A DNA stretch of 64,000 nucleotides from Cystobasidiomycetes sp. EMM_F5 (lineage: Eukaryota). The notes under the pieces were generated by a model. That model was not told where the DNA came from and ran no database searches. It saw only the letters and a program-made list of their open reading frames with translations. The stretch is from contig JBPGPT010000005.1 in NCBI GenBank assembly GCA_051047955.1, positions 1 to 64,000 on the forward strand, in the 5' to 3' direction. Each line of letters begins with the position of its first letter. Position 1 is the stretch's first letter. Below, one piece after another: positions 1-11,345 of the stretch. Position numbers and translations under genes: made by a program.

Positions 1-313
1 GGGAATCATAGCGAGCTCGGATGCGCAGACTGCGTTTCTCAAGCACATCTTGGAGCTAGTCACGCTAGGCCAGCTTACCCCTGACGAGGGCGGGAGTGTT
101 GTACGTACGTTTCACAATGCTGTTGATGCGTTGCGTGGGGCGTGAATGCACGACATTTGCAAAGGACTATGCGGGAATCATAGCGAGCTCGGATGCGCAG
201 ACTGCGTTTCTCAAGCACATCTTGGAGTTGGTCGCGCTAGGCCAGCTTTTACCCCTGACGAGGGCGGGAGTGTTGTCCGTACGTTTCACGATACTGTCGA
301 TGCGTTGCGTGGG
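1..313. repeat. Direct tandem repeat, 172-bp period, about 1.8 copies visible (truncated by the window start)
   Basis: gggaatcatagcgagctcggatgcgcagactgcgtttctcaagcacatcttggag starts at 1 and again at 173. The copies align to about 313 with a few substitutions and one small indel. Confidence 0.95.
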
Positions 314-334
314 ACGTAGGGCGTAAATTGAACG

Positions 335-419
335 TTTATCTCGATTGCGGGGCTCCGTTCTTATCTTGCGCCGTACCCCGCCTTATCAGTTTTTGCCATG
401 TTTGGGAAAAGGGAGATAG
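335..419. promoter_or_regulatory. Cluster of four HGATAR motifs upstream of GLT1 (candidate AreA/Gat1-type nitrogen regulation sites)
   Basis: TTATCT at ~336 and ~361, TTATCA at ~383 and AGATAG at ~414, all within 85 bp and 500-590 bp upstream of the glutamate synthase ATG. Confidence 0.45.
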
Positions 420-924
420 GGGTTGACTGAGGAGGGGCAAGCGAGGCAGGAAGATTGATGGCTTCATACATCGGCTTCCAAGTCTACAGGAAGTCTATGT
501 GTACACATATTTGTGCCAGGTTTCTCCACGTTAACCGAGTCTTCAGCTAGCTTCCATCGAGTCTAGCCTCAGCCTGCAGCTCCCCCGACTCCTCCGGTTG
601 ACCCGGGAATGCCCGCTCCAATCGGCCGGCTGATGTTACAACAAGGGTGGGAGTCAGGATTTGCAGGGAATGGTAGAAGCAGCGAGCATCGGGCAGTAGG
701 CGTAGACCAGTCTGAGTGTAGCATTGTAGTAGTATCATTGTTATTCCATTACAACTATTTTCTAATCTCTCCCCCACCTCGCTTCAACAAATCTCCGAGC
801 TTTGTATTTCAGAGTAGTCCACAAAAACGAGTGGCGGATTTCTCTGCGGCCATCGACTTTGCCGCCTTCTTCTTCTTTCAAGCCAGCCATCGAACAAGCA
901 GACACTCCTTTGCCTGCACCTACG

Positions 925-3900
925 ATGGCGTCGAGCAGCCACGACGCTGTACACTCTTACAATGTCCAGGCTGCTGCACTCCCTGCAAGAAAGCTAGTCC
1001 GCTTCGTCCAAGAAGAGCGAGACCACTTTGACTCGCCCCTGTCATGCAGCAGTGGTGGTGAAGCAAGTGAGAGCAGCAGTCCCCGAAGCAGCCTCCTCAG
1101 CAGCGACGCCAGCTCGAGCGAAGACAGCGACACCGACGTCGAATATGCAAGAGATAGCGCGAGAACGGCAGAGGGAGTCGTCCGCAACTGGGGTTACGGC
1201 GGTACTCTGCCCGCAGCGCAGGGCTTGGTGAGGCATATGTATCACTAACATACACGTAATCCACTCACGCTGTCGTTGCGCCAGTACGATCCCGAAAATG
1301 AAAAGGATTCCTGCGGTGTCGGTTAGTCCATTTTGGCGAAAAATCCAGTTTGGAATGCACGTCTGACAATACTCGTGTACTAAGGCTTCGTCGCACACAT
1401 CAAGGGAAAGCCCTCACACAAGATTGTAAGCGATGCAAAGTCGCTCCTGTGCAACATGACTCGTGAGTAGCTTCCGAAAGCACGATAACGGATGGTGTGG
1501 CCAATCATAGCTGATGCAACCCCAACCCGCAGATCGTGGTGCTGGTGTGTACTACTCAATTCGTCCACTTGTCAATTGTCGCAAAAGCTAAACTCTTCTC
1601 ATTCTTCTATAACTTAGTCGGCGCCGATTCTCGTGATGGAGATGGAGCTGGGTATGTCAGGCAACATCCGTATCGCACCTCTCACTCATCCTTCCTCACA
1701 CAGTGTCATGGTCGGCATGCCCGATTCATTCTTCCGCAAAGAGGTTGACCGCGATATCGACGTTACTCTGCCTCCACTTGGGCAGTACGCTATCGGCAAC
1801 GTCTTCTTCAAGCCTCGCGATGCTGCCAAGCTCGCTGAGCAACAAGAGACTTTTACGCGCCTGGCTGAAGAGCTAGGACTCCGTGTTCTCGGGTGGCGTG
1901 AGGTCCCAAAGGACAATACTATTCTCGGACCAGCTGCACTATCGCGCGAGCCAGAGATCTTCCAGCCAGTTGTAGTCATGCGCGAGGCGTACGGCAACGG
2001 ACACAAGCCCAAGGAGCTTGATGGACCTTTCGACCAGGCTCGATTCGGTCGACAGCTCTATGTCCTACGCAAGCACGCCACTCACACCATTACCCTCGCA
2101 CAGTGGTTCTACATTTGCTCCCTGTCTCCAGAGGTCATTGTCTACAAGGGACAGCTCTCTCCCATCCAGGTATACAACTATTATCACGATCTGAACCACG
2201 CCCGTTTCAGCTCCCACTTTTGTCTCGTGCACTCGCGTTTCTCGACAAACACCTTTCCTTCGTGGGATCGTGCTCAGCCGATGCGATGGGCTGCGCATAA
2301 CGGTGAAATCAACACCGTTCGAGGCAACAAGAACTGGATGAGAGCTCGCGAGGGAAATCTCCAGTCTCAGCTGTTTGGCGACGAGCTTGCAATGCTCTAT
2401 CCCATCATCGAAGCAGGCGGATCAGATTCTGCTGCATTCGACAACGTACTCGAGTTGCTTGTCGTTAATGGCATCGTCACTCTGCCAGAGGCAGTCATGA
2501 TGATGGTACCCGAGGCATGGCAGGACAACAAGGACATGGAGCCTGAAAAGGTGGCATTCTACCAATGGGCCGCATGTCTCATGGAACCATGGGATGGACC
2601 TGCGCTTTTCGCATTCTCAGACGGAAGATACTGTGGTGCAAATCTCGACAGAAACGGTCTACGACCGTGCCGATGGGTCACAACAAGCGATGACATTATG
2701 GTCTGCGCATCCGAAGTTGGCACAATCTATATTCCGCCCGAGAAGATTACCCAGAAAGGCCGTCTCCAGCCAGGAAAGATGCTTCTTGTAGATACGGTCG
2801 AAGGCCGTATTGTCGATGACAAGGAGCTCAAAATGAACTCTGCAAAGAAACAGCCTTTCAAGCAGTGGTACGAGGATCAGATGCTCAAACTTCCAGTCAT
2901 CATGGAGCGTGAACGCGCTCGGGGTGACGATCTCGAGATTCACCTCGACGAAACGTCCATCTCTACCGATCCCCGCATGTTGGCGTTTGGATACAGTTTC
3001 GAGCAGATGGATCTTCTCATGCGACCAATGGTCACTGACGGAAAGGAAGCGCTAGGCTCGATGGGCAACGACACCGCTCTGGCCTGCATGTCGACTCAGC
3101 CACGCATGATTTACGACTACTTCCGTCAGCTCTTTGCTCAAGTCACCAATCCGCCCATTGATCCGATCCGAGAGGCAATCGTCATGTCACTCGAATGCTA
3201 CGTTGGCGCGGAGGGTAACCTACTCGAGCGCACTCCAAAGCAGTGCAGACGTCTTTTACTGCCATCGCCTGTATTGTCTATCGAAAGTTTGAATGCTCTC
3301 AAGCGCCTCGACGAGGTTTACCCGACTTGGCCTTCCCGCACTTTGGACATCACATTTGACAAGTCTGAAGGTCTAGAAGGCTACGAAAATGCCATCAAGC
3401 GAGTCTGCAGAGAGGCATCTCAGGCCGTCGAAGACAAATGCCGTGTAGTCATTCTGTCGGACCGAAATGTCGGACCAAATCGCATTCCTGCATCCGCTTT
3501 GGCTGCATGCGGTGCAGTACATCACTATCTCATCCAGACGAAGCAGCGTAGCAAGATTGCTCTGCTCGTAGAGACCGGTGAAGCCCGTGAGGTTCACCAT
3601 CTTTGCGTTCTCGTAGGTTACGGTGCAGACGGTGTCTGCCCATACCTCGTTATGGAGTCTATCCTCAAGATGGCTCGTGAAGGCCTTCTCAAGAGCGACA
3701 TGACTCCCAAGCGCATTATCGAAAATTACCAGCACGCCATGGACAACGGTATTCTCAAAGTCATGTCCAAGATGGGTATCTCTACCTTACAATCATACAA
3801 GGGAGCGCAAATCTTCGAAATCTTGGGTTTGGCTCATAGCGTCGTTGATTTGTCTTTCGTGGGCACTGCCAGTCGAGTCGAGGGATCGACGTTTGAGCTG

Positions 3901-6900
3901 CTTGCCATGGATGCATTCGAATACCACCTCCGAGGTTATCCGGAGCGCAATATACACATTCCACCTGGATTACCAGAGACAGGAGAATACCATTGGAGAT
4001 CCGGTACGTAAAGCGGTTCTAGAATTTTCCCCCTACTAACATGTGACGAAATTCTTCTTTGTTAAATGATGTTACTATATCAAGGCGGAGAAGCGCACGT
4101 AAACGATCCCAATTCAATCGCTAATATTCAAGATGCTGTCCGGACAAAGAACCAGAAGTCGTATGACGCATACTCCAAGAATGCCAGAGAATCAATCCAG
4201 AATGTCACCCTACGTGGACTGCTAGATTTCCACATTGATGCGTCACACGCTATCCCCATCGAGCAGGTAGAGCCATGGCACGAGATTGTCAAGCGCTTCT
4301 GCACCGGTGCCATGTCATACGGTTCCATTTCGATGGAGGCGCATTCCACTCTTGCTATCGCCATGAACAGACTGGGCGGTAAGTCCAACACTGGCGAAGG
4401 TGGTGAAGATGCAGAACGTTCCGATGTCCTGCCCAACGGCGACTCTCTCCGCTCCGCTATCAAGCAGATTGCATCTGGCCGCTTCGGTGTCACCAGCAAC
4501 TATCTAGCAGACGCTGATCAGCTACAAATCAAGATGGCACAAGGTGTGTATCTGTTCTGCATAGAGACGTGAAAAGGCTGATCGAAGTTTTGCCACATCT
4601 AGGTGCGAAGCCAGGTGAAGGTGGAGAATTGCCAGGACACAAGGTATCTGAGAGCATTGGACGGACACGACACTCTACCCCAGGAGTTGGCTTGATCTCG
4701 CCTCCCCCGCATCACGATATCTACTCCATTGAAGATCTGAAGCAGCTGATTTACGATCTCAAGTGCTCCAATCCCCGCTCTCGAGTATCCGTCAAGCTCG
4801 TCTCAGAAGTCGGTGTCGGTATCGTCGCCTCTGGTGTTGCCAAGGCAAAGAGCGACCACATCCTCATCTCCGGTCACGATGGTGGCACAGGTGCAGCAAG
4901 GTGGACTTCGGTCAAGCATGCAGGTCTTCCATGGGAACTTGGACTAGCTGAAACACATCAGACTCTTGTACTTAATGACTTACGAGGTCGTGTTACCCTT
5001 GAAACAGATGGCAATCTTCGAACTGGTCGGGATGTCGCCATCGCTTGCCTCCTAGGCGCAGAAGAGTTTGGATTCGCTACAGTACCTCTAATCGCGATGG
5101 GATGCATCATGATGAGAAAGCAAGTAATCCCGATCTGTTCTGTTGATGATCTGCTGACGTTTTCGTGCTTTTGCCTACAGGTGCCATCGTAAGTCAGACC
5201 AAATCCCCTTTTGTTTGGCCGTTTTTGGGATTACTGACAGAATACCCTGCGTGCGTACCTCCAGTGAATACGTAAGTACTTGCTCTTTGCTGCCAATGAC
5301 GTTGCCTCGCGCTGAAATGTGTTATTCGGCAGATGCCCCGTCGGAATTGCCACCCAAGACCCCGAGCTCCGAGCCAAGTTCCAAGGCCAGCCAGAGCAAG
5401 TCATCAATTTCATGTACTACATCGCAGAGGAATTGCGAGGCATCATGGCCAAACTTGGCTTCCGAACCATCAATGAAATGGTCGGTCACGCCGAGTGCCT
5501 TCGAGTCAACGACGCTGTGCGCAATGGCAAGACACGAGCACTCAATCTCAGTGCCATTCTCAAGCCAGCTTGGAAGATGCGACCAGGTGCTGCTACCTAC
5601 AAGCAGCGTCAACAAGACCACCGACTCTACGTCCGATTGGACAACAAATTCATCGATGAGGCAGAGCTGGCTCTGCTCAAAGGATACCCTGTTCGCATTG
5701 AGTGCGAGGTCGTCAATACTGACCGCGCACTAGGTGCAACACTGTCCAACAAGGTCTCAAAGAAATATGGAGAGGCAGGACTTCCTAAAGACACAATCCA
5801 CATCAACATGCGCGGATCCGCCGGTCAATCACTGGCAGCCTTCATGGCGCCGGGTATTACCATTGAGCTCGAGGGTGACGCTAATGATTACGTTGGAAAG
5901 GGTCTTTCAGGTGGACGTGTCATTGTCTACCCACCAAAGCAATCTACCTTTAAGTCGGAAGAGAACGTTATCGTCGGTAACGTCTGCCTCTACGGTGCTA
6001 CTTCCGGAGAAGCCTACTTCAGCGGTATCGCTGCGGAACGCTTCGCCGTCCGTAACTCTGGCGCTTATGCCGTCGTTGAGGGTGTTGGTGACCACGGATG
6101 CGAGTATATGACTGGTGGTCGTGTCGTAGTCCTGGGAAATACCGGACGAAACTTTGCCGCCGGTATGAGCGGCGGTATCGCCTACGTATTTGATGTTCGC
6201 AAAGATTTTGCGGACAAGTGCAATATGGAGAGTGTCGAACTTGGTCAGATCGATGATCCTCACGAGATCGCCGAGGTCAGAGGCATGATTGAAAACCACA
6301 AGCACTACACTGGCTCTAAGCTAGCCACCAGCATCTTGGATAACTTCAATCAGATCCTTCCCCGCTTCGTTCGCATCATGCCCACCGACTACAAGGCGGT
6401 TTTGGAGAAGCAGGCCGGCGCTGCCAGCAAGAAAGCACGAAGCAAGCTCAATGGCTTTGACATTGCTACCGACGGCTACGCTCCTGAGGAAGACAAAGCC
6501 AGGAAGCCAGCCCAAGGCGTCAAGGAGTCTCCAGCTGCCAAGCCAATGAAGTCAGAGCCACCTGTTGTGGATCTTGAGGACTCCATGGTCAATGGCGAGA
6601 CTTCCAAAAAGCGACTTTCTGGACCCTTGGACAAGACCCGAGGCTTCATGAAGTACAAGCGCCTTGACGAGCCTTACAGGCCGACCAAGAAGCGTGTCAA
6701 GGACTGGAATGAGCTTTCCAGCCGTCTCACAGAAGACGAGTGCAAGGTACAAGCAGCCAGATGTATGGATTGCGGCGTGCCTTTCTGCCAGGTGGGTGTC
6801 CATTTACTCAATTGTTACCGATACAAGCTGATGAAGTTAAACAGAGCGACTCCGGTTGCCCAATTTCGAATGTCATACCCAAGTGGAATGATCTCGTATT

Positions 6901-8581
6901 CAAGGGCCAGTGGAAGGATGCGCTTTACCGTCTCCTCAAGACGAATAATTTCCCTGAATTCAGTGAGTGCAGCCTGACAGCGAATATATTGCCTTATAAT
7001 GTACTGACTTTGTCGAAAAGCTGGACGAGTGTGCCCTGCACCATGCCAGTAAGTTTACATTTCGAAGGGATGCATACTCGTATTGACATCTTGCCGGTAT
7101 TAGAACTGCTTGCGTTCTCGGCATCAACGAGCAGCCGGTTGGCATCAAGAGCATAGAATGCGCTATCATCGATAAAGCTTTTGAGGAAGGCTGGATGGTT
7201 CCTCAGATTCCAGAGCATCGCACCAACAAACGAATCGCTATCGTTGGCAGTGGACCGGCTGGTCTTGCTTGCGCTGATCAGCTCAACAAAGCCGGTCACA
7301 ATGTAGTCGTCTACGAGCGTGCTGACAGAATCGGTGGTCTGCTGGAATACGGTCAGTCCGATCTTTATGCGATTCGGACTTCTCTCGCTGATTCCCGTTA
7401 CTTCTTAGGTATCCCCAACATGAAGCTTGATAAAGAGAAAGTAGTCAGGCGTCGTATCGACCTCATGAGGGCAGAGGGAGTCGAATTCGTCACCAATGCG
7501 CACGTAGGCGTTGATGCCGAATACGAGCCTGCTCAGTTGCGCAAGGACTACGATGCACTGGTTTATGCTACTGGTGCGACCTGGCCACGCGATCTCAAGG
7601 CGCCTAACCGCGACTCCGAAGGCATTCACTTCGCCATGTCCTTCCTGACGCAAAACACCAAGAGTCTACTCGACTCTAATCATGAGGATGAATCGTACAT
7701 CTCGGCGAAGGGCAAAGACGTCATCGTTATTGGCGGAGGTGACACAGGTAATGACTGCATCGGTACAAGTGTACGCCACGGCGCCAAGTCAGTTACCAAC
7801 TTCGAACTACTGCCACGACCACCCAATACGCGTGCAGCAGACAATCCTTGGCCTCAATGTAAGTTGGGTCGGCTCGTAGATTGTCACTTGGCTTACCCCG
7901 CTATGCACAGGGTCTCGCATCTACCGTGTCGACTACGGTCATACCGAAGTTGCTGACCACTTTGGCTCTGATCCACGTACATACGCCATCAATACGAAGG
8001 ACTTCGTTAAGGATGCGGATGGCAACGTAGCAGGTATCAATACAGTCAAGGTTGAATGGACACAGTCCAACGGTCAATGGAAGATGGCTGAAGTCAAAGG
8101 ATCCGAAAAGTTCTACCCCGCCCAGCTTGTCCTGCTTGCTCTTGGGTTCTTAGGGTGAGTAAGATTCCCGCGCACATTGTTCTTGAACCTGACGAGGTCT
8201 GTTCCAGACCCGAAACGGCGGCCATCAAGCCCTTGGGTATTGAGCAAGATCCGCGATCCAATATCAAGACACTGCTCAAGGGCAAGGACAAGTTTGCCAC
8301 ATCCCAGGACGGCGTTTTCGCATGCGGTGATTGCCGTCGCGGCCAGAGTCTGATCGTATGGGGTATCAACGTTAGTGTTTGGTCTGTGGTACCATGATCT
8401 CCGTTGCTGACTGGCGTTTCCCGCTTTATAGGAAGGAAGAGGCTGCGCCGAACAGGTCGATCGCTACCTCATGCGCAGCGAATCGACACCTCTGCCATTC
8501 GAAGGTTCCTTCAAGCAGCGTGTCTTCGCTGACACTTTCAGATCACAAGCCAACGAGCTTGTAGCTGGTGCAGCGGCCTAA
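925..8581 (+). CDS. GLT1: NADH-dependent glutamate synthase (GOGAT), multi-exon
   Basis: The spliced product has a pro-sequence, then [13 protein letters not shown] (Ntn amidotransferase Cys1), [30 protein letters not shown], the FMN domain ([32 protein letters not shown]), the 3Fe-4S loop CIMMRKCHLNTC, a GXGXG beta-helix and the fused beta subunit ([24 protein letters not shown]). Stop TAA at 8579-8581. Confidence 0.98.
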
Positions 8582-8896
8582 AACAATGTCGAGATTCAAG
8601 ACTTACGACTCGCAAAATTGTCGGCTATATTTGAGCATACCCTCCGTTCGTATGGACTTCAATCACATAATCCCAAGCATTAGCCATCTTTGTTGCAAAA
8701 TTGGACTGAAAAGAATGTTTAGAATAAGGGTATACGATAGGTTCACGTTTCATTAGATGTTGACATGCAATATATGCATTATCCTCAGTCATGGTTTGAT
8801 CCGGCATTGCTCGCATATCAATTACCATTGCTACTGCGACTGACCAAACTGGCTGCCTCAATACGGGTCATTCCTCACAGGCACGATGGCCTTATC

Positions 8897-10296
8897 TCAT
8901 CGGTTTAAGCGCTGCTTCATCTCCTTTACCCAGTCCAGCTCCTTTCCTTTCGGCACAATGTAGAATTCCAGACACCATCCCTCTACAAGAGGCAGTCCAT
9001 CATGGTCGCCGGACTCGTCATGCTGATAGGCCGACTTAATTGCCTTGGCGAGACTCAGGCCCCTTCCGACTTTGAGAATTCTGCCCTTCTTCGTCACAGC
9101 ATAAGTGCTCTCATCTATCAACTGGCGGCCTTGTGCAGCACCTTGATTGGCATTGAATGCATCAAGCTGGGCACCGAAAGTCACGTCTTGGCGGAACGAG
9201 AGTATGAGATCTCGAGTAGGTGGATTGGCGAGCGGACGTAACAAGAATGTGGGGAATATTAAAGGGAGATCCGGTTGTGGCGCCCTCCACGCAGCGGGGC
9301 TGGACAAAGAGACACCATCGCTGGATGACGGGTCCATCGCCTCGGGATCAAAATGAGGAGCTTTGACATCGTTGGGACTTGCTGCTCGGCTCGCCGCAGG
9401 TGACCATTTAGCTGGCAGCCATACCCCGCTAGCCTGTATTCGGACTTTAGCACATTGGGCTTGTGCACGCATGCCATCCGTAGCACTCACAGTAACGGCT
9501 TGATGTAGACTATCGTCACTCTCACGTAATCGACGGCTACGCTCATCGCGTTCCAGACGAATCTTACTGGCATATTGCAATTTGTCGTTTATCCGCTTTG
9601 CGAGTGCTTGAACTCCTGCATCGCTTTGTCCACCCACTTCGCGGTACTTCTGCAGAGCGTCTTGTGCCTGCTGCAATCTATCTAGTGCCAGAAGGGCCTT
9701 TGCGGACCGAAACAGTGCTTTCAAGGTGGTGTTTTGATGCAAAGCGGCATCTTCGGTTCCGACGGATGCAGAAGCCAGCTCCAAAACCTGAGCACAATCC
9801 TTCAAGCACGACCTGTAGTTTCCTGACGTTATGGTCAGGAATGTTCAGGTGTGGGCAGTATGTCACGGCGCGTACCCAATTCCAAGTGGCATGCTGCACG
9901 ATTGCAGAGAAGGGTGCGATGGGTCTCCACCTTGATGTCATCAGACGATTCTCCTATGCCTTGCGTATAGAATGCAAGAGCTTCTTTGTATTTTCTTGCC
10001 TTGAAGTTTTCGTTAGCTTGGGTCTTGAAATTTTGTGCTCGCTCTGAGCTCCGCATCGATTCACATCAAGATCCTCAGCAACGCTGTTCCAGCACAACGC
10101 AGACTTTACAAGCACCTTCAGCGTCAGCCTCATCGTACAGCAGACTCTTCAGCGCTTCCACCTGCATAGCGGCACCAGCGTCATCGATTTCGCCAGCCGG
10201 CAGTTCTCGCATAAATAGCGGGAGCTGGCCCAGACGATGTGCGACATCGTCGATGTTATCGCTCCTGGGCGCAGGTCCCAATGCTGGTCCAGTCAT
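8897..10296 (-). CDS. CNS1: TPR co-chaperone of Hsp70/Hsp90, Cns1/TTC4 family
   Basis: N-terminal PLFMREL...VEALKSLLYD, TPR repeats (AQNFKTQANENFK, LCNRAACHLEL, KALFRSAKALLAL) and a C-terminal wheel-domain-like region (LIFPTFLLRP, GRILKVG, FYIVPK). Confidence 0.88.
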
Positions 10297-11345
10297 GCAG
10301 ATTCGTCTGGGGGATGGTCTGGTCGACAGGTTGAGCTGACTGTATAGTAATCACTTTCCGTATGCCGTGCAATCTTCGATACCATCGCGCTTACGCTTCT
10401 CTCATACGCGAGCGCTCCGTCTGTAGCTCCCTCGTCTGTCCGAGCTGACATCCTCAGGTTGTCCGTACATTCTCAAATTGCCGACATTCTTAATTTCGTC
10501 CACAATGCCGCGCGTCAGGAGGTCGCCCGCGTGTCCATCTCTAGGGAGAGCCAGGTGGGTTTACAGATGCTACTGCGTCACGCAGAGTGCGGCCAGCCTT
10601 ATGCGAATCCGGCTGATCCCGCTTGTACTGCGGGGATCAATGTGCCTTGTGCTGCAACATAATAGCAACGAGCTGGCATCTGTATGCATCATTGATTACC
10701 TTCGTGCAAATGCGCCAATGCTTCTTCACTGAGCGTCCCAAATGCGACTTTCTCCGCTTTTCCCGCTTACCTGGCTTACCCAATAAAACGGCATACTGCT
10801 GTTCTCTATAACAGCGTTCACGGGTGCACCCTCTGCAATTTTCACGGCTGATGTGCAAGCATACAAACAGAACGTTACCAACGTGAAGGCCAGCGCAGAT
10901 TTCTCTTGATGACAACGACCACTAACGCGCACACGCAAGCATTTCTGCTAAAGTTAAAAGAGAATGCACGCGTCATTTTCCGCCTTTCGTCGGCCCTTAA
11001 CCTGTTTACGCAAGTCGGGTGGCTGCCGCTGAGCTTTGCGTGCCGGAACACAAGCAGACAATCGCCACTGTACATCTGTGGATCTCCGGCGAGAAATAAG
11101 CAGAGTCGACCTCAGCTCGCTTCTTCTCCGGCACTGTGTGACCATCTCGGGCGATAGCCTTTGCGGGTCGTGCGAGCAACACATTGCCCTTTGAAGGCCA
11201 AATGCGCACCGCCCTGCGGTGTTTGCGCGATACGACTCTTTGTGACACTTTATGCCTCGCCTTTACCTCATTTCTCCTGAGCTGCTGTTCTTTCCATTCG
11301 TGTGATAACACGTAAACACGCTTGCCTTGAATCCCGGAACATATA

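Noticed and set aside
1..313. The 172-bp repeat as a CRISPR array or coding ORF (96-326)
   Set aside because: There are no unique spacers, the context is eukaryotic and the ORF has no recognisable features.
10300..11345. Short ORFs between CNS1 and the GATA gene
   Set aside because: No motif, codon bias or coherent exon chain. Probably divergent promoter and UTR sequence.
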